From: Nemertoderma westbladi | Lineage: Eukaryota > Animalia > Xenacoelomorpha | Length of the DNA: 64,000 nucleotides | Reading direction: 5' to 3' | Assembly: GCA_032718475.1 (NCBI GenBank) | Contig: JAUCBJ010006622.1 | Coordinates: 1-64,000, forward strand | Shown here: piece by piece, positions 12,265 to 24,156 of the stretch | Numbering within the stretch: the first letter of the stretch is position 1 | Layout of the letters: every line of letters begins with the position of its first letter | Position numbers and translations under genes: made by a program | The notes under the pieces: generated by a model | Databases searched by the model: none | Seen by the model: the letters and a program-made list of their open reading frames with translations, nothing else | What the model was told of the DNA's origin: nothing

Positions 12265-12800
12265 CAGACTGGAATCCATACACTTTGCGCCGGATTAATC
12301 CGGCGCACTTTACAATAAAAGCGCGCCAATGTGGCGCGTGGCGCGCTCGAAAATCGTAAAGTGCGCCGGCTTTGGCGCGTCTGCGCGTGGCACTCCCAAA
12401 AATAAAAACCGGCGCCAATTTGTTGGTTTAACAACTAGGCCTACGGAAGTGCCTTAAAAATTGCAATAGCTGTTAAAAAATTTCGGCTCGCTTCGCTCGC
12501 CTTTCTTTTTTCTATTGTATGGTTACTGGTACTGCTGAACAGGGATATGCAGACATGTACTGCTGAACAGGGATATGCAGACATGTACAGCTATACTGAC
12601 ATTGGCAGACTGGTTTGGTTACACTCCTTCAAAATTGAAATTGCATTGGCGCGGCGCTCTTCAAAATTGTTTCAAATGTGCGGCAAGCTTAAAAATTTCG
12701 TTGGCGCAGGGTTTGCTTTGAAATTGCATCGGCGCGTGGCGCACATAAAAATTGGTTGGCGCGCTATCCGGCGCACTTTTTGGATGGATTCCACACAGGG
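12265..12800. mobile_element. hAT-type MITE nested in the EnSpm element
   Basis: 8-bp TSD TTGAGGTC (12257-12264, 12801-12808); TIR core tggaatccat/atggattcca; ggcgcg-rich subtermini. Confidence 0.7.
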
Positions 12801-13351
12801 TTGAGGTCTACTGCAGTACCGTACTGATCATTTGGATATAACCGGATATAATGTGTGGACCTTGAAACTCCAAAGTACAGAAGTAAAATGAGTGACTACC
12901 GGCGCGAAATGGCCGGGCTTGGCGCTTTAGAAGTTTCTGTCAATAGCGGAAAACGTAAAGGGGATACTCATAAGTCATAAGGGGATTAAGAAAGCAATTC
13001 GTGGAGTCGTCAACTTCAACTTTTTGCCAGAACCGACTGTCACCGTATCAACTGAAGTTGAAACCGCAACTCGCTTACAATCTGTTCATCCAAAAACTGC
13101 TGACGACTGCAGGACTGGACCCAACTTTTGGCTGAATATAAGTCGACTTTGTCTATGCGCCGCCAGTACGTTGTGGCTGGGAACAACAGTGTTGTGGAGA
13201 TTCTTAGAAAGTGGTCATCTTTGGTTGAACTTCCCGTCTGCCCGTGGTTAGTATGATAATTAAACTATATGCTTTCAGGGTTTCTGGCTAAATAATTATT
13301 TAATTTCCATAGTTCAATAGGGATCATAACATTAATACAGTAATATACACC

Positions 13352-13651
13352 ATGACCCAGAATATAGTGTCGTAATTCAATGGCACGAGCCCCCCCCCCC
13401 CCCCCCCCCCTAATTTTTCTACAAATCTGGAAGAATAATTGCAGTACGACTGGTACAATATCGACGGAGACACTTTTTTTAAACGCTTATAGCTAAAGAT
13501 TGAAAGCAAAAAAATTCTGACTCACCCACGGAGGAGGAGGGAGATGAAACTAGCTCTGTTTCAAATTTCTTGCAATCTCATTAAGATTTGTAGACAAATA
13601 AGGGGGGGGGGGGGGGGGGTCACTGAATTACGACACTATATTCTGGGACAT
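13352..13651. mobile_element. ~300-bp fold-back MITE-like element
   Basis: cccagaatatagtgtcgtaattca...polyC...ctacaaatct mirrored by agatttgtag...polyG...tgaattacgacactatattctggg; no direct TSD seen. Confidence 0.6.
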
Positions 13652-13987
13652 TTATCTAATTATATTTATATACAGTTTAGGACTATATTATAACCATTTG
13701 TTTCTATAGGCCTAATTACTTTCTTGTATATATTTATAATTATTTATTACATGGGAAAAAAGTAGAACCAAAGAAGAAGAAAAAAGTAACTAAGTAAAAG
13801 AAGAAAGTAAAGTACTCCCTTTCTCACGATTTTTGGGTATATTCGAGCGAAAAAGTAATTATTTAAGAATAAAATTATTTATATATTTGATTAAAATGAG
13901 TGGGAATTTGTGCGGTTCCAGTATATTGTTTCATTTTATTTCATTACATACATTCTTATACATATAATATAATAAAATTACTTTTAG

Positions 13988-14909
13988 GCCAAGCAAGAAT
14001 TTAAACTGCTTACAAACAATAACCTGACTGGGCATTGGTTGATTTCCACTTAGTGAATATACTGAAGATATTCAAAGAAACTTCACCCTAGAGCAGGTGG
14101 GAATCTGTGGCTAATATCGTTTCCCAGTGCGAGAAATGAGAGGATAACTGTTCGCAGAGAGTTAAGGTATTGATGGGTCTGTCGGAGTTCTTTAGTGAAC
14201 CAGCCTGTATCATTAAGAATGTGGTAAGTTAGCCTTTGTTTTTACGATTGGATTTCAGTATATATTTATATTACTTGTATTATATTTATTTAAAATACCG
14301 CTATTATATATTTCATTTATATAATACACCGTTATGATTTACATCACAAATTATTAATTATTATTACTATTATTATTTTAATGAATGGTTCATGGCCTGT
14401 CCAGCCTTTAATGAAATATTAAATTCATTACTTTATTACTTAAAATTAAATTCGTACCATTTTATAATTTTTTGTTGCAATATGAAAATGTTTGTGATCA
14501 ATATTTCGTAACTTTGGTTAACCATGATGATGATAATACATTAAATATACTGTAAACTCATTATATATTTTAGGAGGATGTGAGTAATCCCCATGGGATT
14601 GAGGAGTTGGAGAATATTTCTGCGGTTGAATTGAGTACCGGAACAGGGGATTTGCCGTGCTTCATTACAGTAATGGTTCAACCGGATGAGGGAAAGATGG
14701 AGGCTGCGATTGTTACTATGGAGGGGAGTATTGTCGGCAAGGTGATTCCCACTCTTGACGAAGCGTTCCTTTATCTACTAGCACTAATATTCGCCATGAA
14801 CTTCGAGTTCCTGGATGACGTCTCCGATTTCATTGCTAGTCTCATCAATGATGTTCGGCCAAAGAGTGTAAAAGCTTCCAGACTCCATAATAAGCTTTAC
14901 TCTTTTTAA
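13988..14909 (+). pseudogene. Spliced remnant of an EnSpm accessory ORF (SAMD3-like C-terminus)
   Basis: ttttag|AKQEFKLLT... exon ending at gtaagt; second ttttag|EDV... exon encoding MEGSIV..I.TLDEAFLYLLALIFAMNFEF...L.NKL; family call is by recall of similar CMC accessory proteins. Confidence 0.45.
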
Positions 14910-16144
14910 TCTTGGACTGAACAGCATTCTCAAATTAGATTGTTACTAATTTTAATTTTTAATTGTTTCATATTACGTGAGCTATCCCAAATGTTAGAAA
15001 GAAGTGACTGCCCCCCCCCCCCCCCCTCCATTATGTTCGTTTGTTTTTATATTCTTGATATTTTCGTGTTAGGTTTCGTATTAATTGCACTACTCGAGTT
15101 TGCAGTTTTGTTATATAATTTTGTGAAACCGGTAAAATAAAATAAAAAATAGGTGGTGTTTTAAAAATTATACAATGACACAACAAATCCTACTGCTCTG
15201 TATCACGAATAGTTGCGGCTCTGTCCACATTTGCTGAGACGTGGGGGGGGGGGGGGGGGGGGGGGGCATTTCCATCAATAGAACAGACGGGGCTGTTGTG
15301 TCGATTTTCCCCTGGAGAGGGATGAATTTTGATTGGGTCAAGACCCCACCCCCCCCCCCCCACCCTATCTGCAGTTGGAAGTAACTACATAGTCTATACC
15401 CAGCTACACAGGCTAAAAGGAATCTGTTTAGGTTAAGGCCAAGGATTGAATGTGGTGTGTGTCCCAACAAGCATGGTATGTATCAGCCCACAAGCATGGA
15501 AGAATGGATTGAAGCTGCGTGGCTCGACCTACAAGCATCATTGCAAGGAACAATGTGATTGCCATTTTCACCACAAATTATATAAGAGCTGAAATGTGTG
15601 GTATTGTTAAACTAACTATGAAAATGTTGTTGTTTTCACCGCAACAAAATTGGGGTAATAACGCAAATGTTTTATGTTGTTAATTTCACCATAAAAATGT
15701 TGTGGGATATATGCCAAACAAATTGGCATGTCACAGTATTAAACAAATTGATTACTTCTTTCACCACAACTTGTTCATGGTGAAATAGTAGCCGTATTTA
15801 TGGTCAGAGTAGTAAAACTTATAGTGCAGACTGTGGCTCAACTTCTTTATGGTGAAATATATCAAACCTGTTTACAGTGTAGGTTCCATGCTACCGGTTT
15901 CTCTACTGCTGTTCTCTCAGGCTATCAGTACCGGTATTAGTATATACAGATATATAGCACTATTTTGCTGTATTGTATGTACAGATGTAGGTATAAAGCA
16001 GGTATTTCTGTATTTTAGTACCGGTACCGGCACCGGTACTGCTATATAGGCCTACTGTGTAGCCTACCATTTAAATACGGTAATGGTAGGTATGCCTACC
16101 GGTTGTGCTAATAAATTTTAAATAATTGATAGGCCAAACTGGAA

Positions 16145-18237
16145 CCCAGCAAATACATATCCAGCGATTAGCACGCTAATAGCGGGATGTACCATCCTGC
16201 TAATATCCCGCTATTTTTATAAGATAATATCCGGATAATCGCCGTAAAAGTGGTCCCCGCTATAGCGGTGTTTTTAGCGGGATAATTATCCGGTTTTTAG
16301 CGGTTCCTTAGCGGCACTTTAGCGTGGATTTAGCGGCATTTGTAGCTGCCCAGGTTAAAAAAAATTAGCTTTGTCCAATCACATAGCGTTCCTTGTGCAT
16401 ACTCTGTGGATAGAGGAGGGGAGGGGGGGGGGGGGGTGGGGCTGGAGTGGTTAGCCTACCATACCTACCCTATGCCTACACCTACACCCTCGGCCCTACA
16501 CCTACAATACTCTATACAAACTGAGATGTAATCGTTTGAGTATAATAAGAGAATATATAATGCATTAAGACTTAGGAGTATCCTATATAACTTTAAGCGA
16601 TCATCAAAAAATATTAATTCGATTATTAAAATCTATATATTTGATCTTATTTACAACCATATTAGATAATTCATAATTATGAATTTATTAAAAATAATAA
16701 ATTGTAAACTGTTTCTAATCGATTATTCGAAGACAAGAAACCATATATCTATCCAATAATTTCAGTTTTCTGCAAATTGAGGTAGTGTCGGGGGGTTGGG
16801 GTTGGTGGTTTATGTAAATGCAGTTTAATTTTTGACAGTTTAATATTTTTTTTTGTTCACTGCAAAAATGTACAAATGAAAATTTAAATACAGTACATAT
16901 TGTCTGTACTACTGTATAACAACTGTAGGTACTGTAACCTGAGATACTGTAGGTACTGTATAAATTATTCCTTAGATATTACTAAATTTTTTCCTTTGAT
17001 TGAGTTTAAACTCTCCCCCCCCCCCCCCCCTCCCACCACCACCACCAGGTATATCTACCCCATCATCATCTGCACAAACCGGTTCTTAGTGCATTATATT
17101 GAATGAGAGTTAATATTAAATATAAATTAATATCGATTGTATCCATCCGTGAATTTGTGTTTTGTTGTCATTAGATTATTTAAATTGTTGTTTTATCTTA
17201 TTCTACTGTATTACAGTATGTATCCGGGGCAATATCAAAAGTGTTATAATTGCGAAGTGCTTAATGTTGTTAGGATGTTGTAAATCATTTTAATTATCAA
17301 AAACGTCATTGGGATGGCTTTAATTATGGTAAACTTGTGAAAGTTCATAAAAATTAAAACATCGTGCCATGATCGTTCATATTTTAGGTACTGTACTGTA
17401 TTGTTGATATAAATAAATGGACGTAAAACTGAATGAAAAGTGAACGATCATTATTGAATGTGTTGGTTCATATTTAATTTCGTTCAACTAGTGATTAAAA
17501 TTATTACATTATTTTAAAATTTCAAATTGGCTAATTGGGGTATTTCACTGGTAATGTCGGCATGTTGTACCTACTGTAATCTAAACATTGTCTCATAGAT
17601 TATTACATCATGGGTGAAAACTGAATAAGTAACCATATGTCAATGTTCAATATCTTTGGCGAATGTCTTCTGCTTCCTGGAGTATGTTTGTACATATGTT
17701 ATGGAGGAATACTGTACACATGGCCTCATCCATCCAGAAAGAGGGGGGGGGGGGTGGAGTGGTTTCTGACGGCAACCAAAATTCATATTTAGTCCTATCC
17801 ATAATAATTTAACAATGAGACGAGATATTAATTCGCCGAGATGGGATTTGTTTTGTGTAAGTACAACTCCCCCCCCCCCCCCCCCCCCCCCACGTCTCCA
17901 CCCACCATCCCTTAGTCGCTAGAACACCGCTATTTACTTTTATATTTAGCGACTAAATTGGTGCTAAAATCCCGCTACTCTCAGCTAGTTTTAGCTTCTC
18001 TACTGCTAAATTGACGCTAAAACCCCGCGATTTATTAGGTCGATTTATTCATACGCTAAAGTGACGCTAAATCAAGGATTTTTTCCAGATATTTAGTGGA
18101 TATTTTCTCCAGCGAATTGCCGGATACTATTATCCAGCTATTAGCTGGATATTAAAACGCTAAAAACCAAGCTAGCGGGGTTTAGCGGGGTTTAGCTGGA
18201 TATTATCCGGATATTAGCCGGATGTGTCTTTGCTGGG
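16145..18237. mobile_element. Non-autonomous TIR element with CCCAGCAAA termini (CMC-like)
   Basis: cccagcaaatacatatcc ... ggatgtgtctttgctggg; dense tagcgg/ccgcta subterminal repeats at both ends; TSD not clear. Confidence 0.65.
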
Positions 18238-19312
18238 TTGCAGGATTGTGGAAAATGTGGATATACCTTTCACATAATTTAGGCCTATTACTGTATTAGT
18301 TTTATCGTCTCTGTAACCTGCTCCTTTCCCTCAATTAGTTAAATGATCGTTTATTGTTTTGGTTAGAAAAACCCGCCTCTGTAACCTGCCCCATTCCCAC
18401 AATTAGTTAAATGATCGTTTATTTGTTTTGGTTAGAAAAACCCGCCTCTGTAACCTGCCCCATTCCCCCAATTAGTTAAATGATCGTTTATTTGTTTTGG
18501 TTAGAAAATTCCGCCTCTGTCAGTCAGGGAGATCATCAATTTTGGGGTTACCCCAAATTTCGAATTCTGGTAATAGACTGTCGAAAATTGGGGTTTTTTG
18601 TTCAAATTTGAGGTATTTTTAGGCTCATAATATCGAGTGTTGCTGCGACTTAGGGAAACTATTGGAGCAACTTCTACTTTTAATATGTTAAAATATAATG
18701 TAAAATAAGAACTTTTATCGATGCAATAAAATATTTCACCGATGCAAACATGCTTTTATTGGGGGCGAAAATTGAAATTTGAGGTTAAACCTCAAATTTG
18801 AGACAAAACCTCAAATTTCGCCAGCCTTTACAACATCACCAGCCTGTCAGCAGTAGGGTGTTGCAGTAGGCTTTGCTGCTTAGTGCTTATAGAGCTTGGT
18901 GAGAATGGGTGACCAGTGTAACCTGTGACATGACATGTATGCAGGGTAGGCTTAACCTTACAGCACAGTAACTTACAGTCAATAACTTTAATGATTGTTA
19001 ACTCCGTTAGTGATTGGTGAGAAAAATGCAGAAGACTAGAGAAATTCGCTATCTTTACAGCCTTACTGTTGGTAAGAAGAACAGTAGACCAAATCCTCAC
19101 TGTTGCGAGATTCAAGCTCACACAGCTGCACAGTCACAGACTCAGGAAGACCTACTATATCTTGTGGATGTTGAATCAATTCCAGAATTTGGAAGTTTAC
19201 ATATTCTGGCATTCATCTGTTCTGTTCATCATTCATATCACACATCTTCGGAAAAAAATATGTTTTCTGGTTGTTGATGTCCTCTTTAAAACTTTGTTTG
19301 ACGGGAAGGATA

Positions 19313-19859
19313 GATACAGCATTTAGGATCATAAATAAACAACAGCAGTTTATTGAGGAGATTGACAGTAAGGAACGAGGGAGGAATTTAATCATTACGG
19401 GTTTAGAAGAAACCATGGATGATTGTGCAGCGGTGGATAACTTAATGATGGCGTTGAAATTGGACGAAATACGAGGTACCATCCCAAATTGGGACATCAA
19501 GAGGTTAGGGAAAAACGATGCAAACGCTGGTGGCACCAGTACTGCCGGTAGAAACAATGCAAGAGGGCCGAATAAACGCACCCGCCCATTGTTGGTTTTG
19601 TTACCTGACCGATCGGTGAGGAATAAAATCCTGTCGGCGTCCAAAATCCTTAAAGATATCGCTGAGTACCAACGCGTGTGTAAAGCCGGATGTCCATCCA
19701 CTGATTAGGCGTGAAGAAGAGAGACTACGTCGATTCGCAAAGGATGAGAAACTTAAACCTGAAAATGCGGGAGTAACAATCCGTTATGATTACAGACGCC
19801 GTGTTGTTCTCCGAGGGGAGACGATAATTGATACATTTAAAATGTATAACTCTTTATAG
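19313..19859 (+). pseudogene. LINE ORF1 C-terminal part, frameshifted near 19678
   Basis: QQQFIEEIDSKERGRNLIITGL...KRLGK...RPLLV, then shifted frame VKPDVHPLIRREEERL...YDYRRRVVLRGETIIDTF ending TAG at 19857-19859. Confidence 0.75.
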
Positions 19860-22800
19860 GATCACGCTGCACAAAGCTCATCCCATATTCTGTCATTCTG
19901 CTCATGGAATATATGTGGTTTACGAGATAAACTTTTAGAACCACAGTTTTTAGCGTTTGTACATAAATACGATGTAGTATTTCTATCAGAGATAAAAACT
20001 GCGAAACCCTTACATGTTCCTGGTTTTGTATCGTTTATTAATGGATCGCAAAGCAGCCATCGAGGTGGAGTTTTGGCGCTCGTGAAAAATGCGTTGTCTA
20101 GTAGTATATTGAGTGTTGATTCCACGAAAAATGGACAGTTGTGGCTATGTTTCAAATTCGCGTCTGACTTGATAATTGGTACAGCGTATATCCCACCATC
20201 AGATTCTCGCTACTTCTCTAATGATTTATTCGGAAATTTACATGCTGTATTTAAACAGAACAAGAAAGTGGTTGTGATTGGAGATCTAAATTCCAGAGTT
20301 GGAACCCCAGTATATGGTAATCCTTATGACCTACAAAGATCCAAATATGAATATGATGGTGTAGAGGATAATTCAATAAATGGTCATGGTGAACGCCTCC
20401 TACGTATCTGTACAGATTCTGGATGTGTTATTGCCAACCATTTAGTTACTATGGAAAATGGTACACTCGGAGGTGGTTTATCGTACAGAAAAGGTAAACA
20501 GTGGATTAGCGAAGTCGATGTTTGTGTCGTATCCGATGAGTTGATAAATAATATCCACTCAATTACCGGTGATAGGGACCAATCAGGTTCTGATCATGCG
20601 CCGTTGGTCGTTAAAGTGGTTATACCCAACAACAATGGGGTATCGATGGACGAGAATTTAATAGAAAGGGCTAACAACCTGGGTATTACATGGACTCTAG
20701 CAAATAGCAACTCACAACAGCTAAATGCAGTGTTCAAGAGCCAGTCTCATAAACAGACTGATATTCCACGTTTCGTTGACCTTATGACAAATATACAGCC
20801 ACCATTTTTATCCAATGAGGGTTTATCAACCGAAATTATTCAAAAGACGCTCGATATGGCGAACTCAATGATAAATGAAACAGCAAAGTCGTGTAAATCC
20901 CATGAAAGTGACGATGCGGAAGACGTAGAAAATCCAAATACAAATCAGCAACGTTGGGCTAAACTTCTAGCAACGAATAATGCCAAATCTATCTGGCATG
21001 CTATCAACTGGAAAGGTGATATTGATGGTGGTAAAGTGGTTGATCAGCCAGCACCTTCAGATGAGAACTTTAAAACCCACTTTGAGGCGCTATTAAATCC
21101 CGATACGGTAGACGAATTGAATATAGACCCGGAATGGAATAACGCTCCTTATGTACCAATTCTAGACCAACAATTTTCTGAAAGGGAACTGGCCGATGTT
21201 CTTAGTGATGTTAAGGTTGAGAAAAGCTACATAGGTATAGCATTAGGTTTATTTTTGGCGTTGCCAGGCAACTGGATGTTATTCTTTCTAACTGTGTTTA
21301 ATTTAGTTTTGTCATTAGGTTTATACCCAATGTCATGGTGTATTAGTAAGCTGATTGTGATATTTAAATCTGGTAGGAGGTCAGTATGTACAAATTATCG
21401 AGGGATATCCATTATGGAATCCGTGGCCAAAATTTATGATATGTTGTTAGCAGCTAGGCTTACTATTTGGTGCAACATTAGTAACTGCCAAGCAGGTGGT
21501 AGAAAGGGGAGAAGTTGTATTGAACAAATGTTTGCAGTAAGGTTACTCATAGACTACGCTAAATTTAAAAAACTAAAATTATTTATTTTGTTTGTGGATT
21601 TTTCCAAAGCGTATGATAAGGTGCCAAGGATGAAACTTTTAGACAGATTAAGGAAGGCAGGCTGTGGAAGAATTATGTTGTTAGCAATATTTTCAATTTA
21701 TAAATGTACAAAAAGTATTTTAAAGTCAGCTGTAGTTATTACAGCAACTGGTGTACGCCAGGGTGCATCTACGAGTGTTGTGCTTTTTTGTTTTTATATA
21801 GACACGTTGGTCAAAATGGTAATGTCATCAGTTTCATCTGATGGTTTTTTGGGTTTATTACATATAATGTTATTGATGGATGATACAATTATTTTGTCCA
21901 CAAACCGCGACTTGTTATTATGTAAACTACGTGCTTTAATTTCCTTTTGCAATGATACTGGGATGGTACTTAATTTGAAAAAAACAAAGTTTTTTGTAAT
22001 AAATGGTACGACAAGTGACAAAGTACCATTACATGTTGATGATATTATTGTAAAACATTGTGTAGAGTACATATATTTAGGCTCCATTTTTACTGAAGAC
22101 GGTAAATTTAATACCGTATTTAATTTACATAAAATTAAATGCGAACAAGTTGTTAATAAATTTTCTATATTTTGTGCTAAAAATACAGCGTTACCATTTG
22201 TACTAAAGAAACAAGTTTTTGAGGCTGGGGTTGCTTCTGTGCTACTATATGGGTGCGAAGGTTGGCTAACAACCAACATTCGAGCTTTAGAGATATTTTA
22301 TGGTCGGATGGTTAAAACTCTCCTAGGAGTTAGAGAGCAGACACCAACCAATCTTTGTCTCATTGAAGCAGGCATGCCAGCTATAGAAACTCGTATTTTA
22401 CGGTGCCGTAAACGATTTTTGTTGAAGGCAGCAGAATCTTTACCTGCAGATTGCCCTTTTCAGTTAGCTTTAAACTTATGTAAAGGTGCTGACACACCTG
22501 GTTCTAGAATGATAAAAGATGCATTATGTTGGCATGAACCTGGTGTATTTAATAGTAATATTGTTAATAATGTTTGTAATAAACCAGAAACTGCAACCAA
22601 ATTTTTCACTTATAGAACAATTTTAAATCCATCGTTATCGTGTCATCCTATTTATAATTTGAAATCTCCTCTGGTGCCTGATTATTTACGCTTATCCTTT
22701 TCAAGATGTCGGTTGATGTCTCATAACTTGCTGATTGAGAAAGGTAGATGGCAGCGCATACCCCGCGAAAGCAGGGTTTGTAGCTGTGATAATGTGTCTA

Positions 22801-22976
22801 TCCAAGATGAGACACATGTATTACTCAATTGCAGGTTAACGGCAACCATCCGAGATTGTTTCCCAAATATTAATTTCGCAACGTTTGGTAATATAAATGA
22901 GCTTTTTGATATAAACTTAACAGAAATCTACTCAGTATGTAAATACATAGATTTAGTACTAGCATTGTATAAGTAA
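19860..22976 (+). CDS. LINE ORF2: APE endonuclease + RT + C-terminal Cys/His motif
   Basis: SWNICGL, FLSEI, YIPP, GDLNSR, SDH; RT NYRGISI, DFSKAYD, GVRQG, LLMDD, YLG; C-term HNLLIEKGRW...C.C...DETHVLLNC. Frame opens at 19860, upstream of the listed 20073 start. Confidence 0.9.
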   Translation, partial: DHAAQSSSHILSFCSWNICGLRDKLLEPQFLAFVHKYDVVFLSEIKTAKPLHVPGFVSFINGSQSSHRGGVLALVKNALSSSILSVDSTKNGQLWLCFKFASDLIIGTAYIPPSDSRYFSNDLFGNLHAVFKQNKKVVVIGDLNSRVGTPVYGNPYDLQRSKYEYDGVEDNSINGHGERLLRICTDSGCVIANHLVTMENGTLGGGLSYRKGKQWISEVDVCVVSDELINNIHSITGDRDQSGSDHAPLVVKVVIPNNNGVSMDENLIERANNLGITWTLANSNSQQLNAVFKSQSHKQTDIPRFVDLMTNIQPPFLSNEGLSTEIIQKTLDMANSMINETAKSCKSHESDDAEDVENPNTNQQRWAKLLATNNAKSIWHAINWKGDIDGGKVVDQPAPSDENFKTHFEALLNPDTVDELNIDPEWNNAPYVPILDQQFSERELADVLSDVKVEKSYIGIALGLFLALPGNWMLFFLTVFNLVLSLGLYPMSWCISKLIVIFKSGRRSVCTNYRGISIMESVAKIYDMLLAARLTIWCNISNCQAGGRKGRSCIEQMFAVRLLIDYAKFKKLKLFILFVDFSKAYDKVPRMKLLDRLRKAGCGRIMLLAIFSIYKCTKSILKSAVVITATGVRQGASTSVVLFCFYIDTLVKMVMSSVSSDGFLGLLHIMLLMDDTIILSTNRDLLLCKLRALISFCNDTGMVLNLKKTKFFVINGTTSDKVPLHVDDIIVKHCVEYIYLGSIFTEDGKFNTVFNLHKIKCEQVVNKFSIFCAKNTALPFVLKKQVFEAGVASVLLYGCEGWLTTNIRALEIFYGRMVKTLLGVREQTPTNLCLIEAGMPAIETRILRCRKRFLLKAAESLPADCPFQLALNLCKGADTPGSRMIKDALCWHEPGVFNSNIVNNVCNKPETATKFFTYRTILNPSLSCHPIYNLKSPLVPDYLRLSFSRCRLMSHNLLIEKGRWQRIPRESRVCSCDNVSIQDETHVLLNCRLTATIRDCFPNINFATFGNINELFDINLTEIYSVCKYIDLVLALYK

Positions 22977-23881
22977 ATTTAATAATTATTTAATTTATTA
23001 GGTTCGTGAGATTATAGAGTAATATTTTGATTATATCTGGACAGTTATTTTTTTTTTGTTTTTGTGATTTCGTGTGTAGTTCAAGTTTTGTGCACTATAT
23101 AAATCATTAATTGTCAATAAATTCTATCTATCTATCTATATCAAATGAAGCCATTCCTCTCCTGATAGCCTGAAGACTTATGTAATATTCGCCTGCCCTA
23201 GCTCTATCTGTCAATTGGAATACTGTACCATCAGTTCGGAGCCCAGACAAATGTTGCCGCAAAGGTTGACAGGTTGACGTGGTTTATACAATATAGGTGG
23301 ACTTGATTCTTTTGTTAGTTATTCTATATGACTGGCAACTGGAGACTCTAAAGTTGGAACCACCACCTACTGCAGTATACAATAATACATCAATTAAAGT
23401 TCAATATGATAATGTGCTTTAAACTTATATGTAAAGATCTAAACCTGATCCTCCATTACAACAATGTGCAACATAATATCCCAGCCAGACATCCAATGCA
23501 ATTATGACCTGGCCATATATATAAAATTATGAAGCAAAGGCCAAGCCCCGCCCAGCTGCCCATGCTGCCATGTCTGGGTTTGCATGTTCCATACATCACC
23601 TCTTCATTATCAGGGTCATTAACATATGGAACATGCTGGACCTGGAACACAGTAGAAACATCATCATCTCATCACTAATCGCTAGTCTTTTAAACAGTCT
23701 TTAGACTCTGCTTTCTTATCAAGACATCTGAAATGTTTTAGAAATCTAAATGACTGTTTGTTTATAGGCCTACTATACATACATACATCCTTATAAATTG
23801 ACCTTATAAGGAACCAGAATCATTTATAACTTGGGCAAAAAGTGCTTTCAATGAAATTTTAGAAATTCGACCAAAAATATT

Positions 23882-24156
23882 TTGGCACTTGTGTCAAATC
23901 AAATAGGTGACCCTCCTAATCTGCTGATCTGCTAATCCTGAAATCACCAGCTAAAATGCTGAAATTTAGTGCAGGTGATATCAATATTCCTAACTTGTAT
24001 TGTTTTTTGGTTACTTTCAACTCACCTCTGTAACCTGCTCCTTTGCTAACCCTGTAACCGAACACTAGTAAAAGTGACTTTAGTTTTGGTGATTTCAGGA
24101 TTAGCAGAATAGGAGCTAGGAGGGTCTCCTACAGCCCTATTTGACACAAGTGCCAA
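23882..24156. mobile_element. Small fold-back/MITE-like element
   Basis: ttggcacttgtgtcaaat...ctgctaatcctgaaatcacca mirrored by tggtgatttcaggattagcag...atttgacacaagtgccaa. Confidence 0.55.

Larger units (their letters stand above)
11165..15879. mobile_element. CMC/EnSpm (CACTG-type) DNA transposon, non-autonomous derivative
   Basis: 16-bp TIR CACTGTAAACAGGTTT...AAACCTGTTTACAGTG, TA duplication, many subterminal ttcacc/atggtgaaa repeats. Confidence 0.85.
19310..23140 (+). mobile_element. 5'-truncated APE-type LINE (RTE-X/Proto2-like; clade uncertain)
   Basis: ORF1 3' part + ORF2; AATAAA at 23116 followed by (TCTA)n tail; 5' boundary approximate. Confidence 0.85.
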
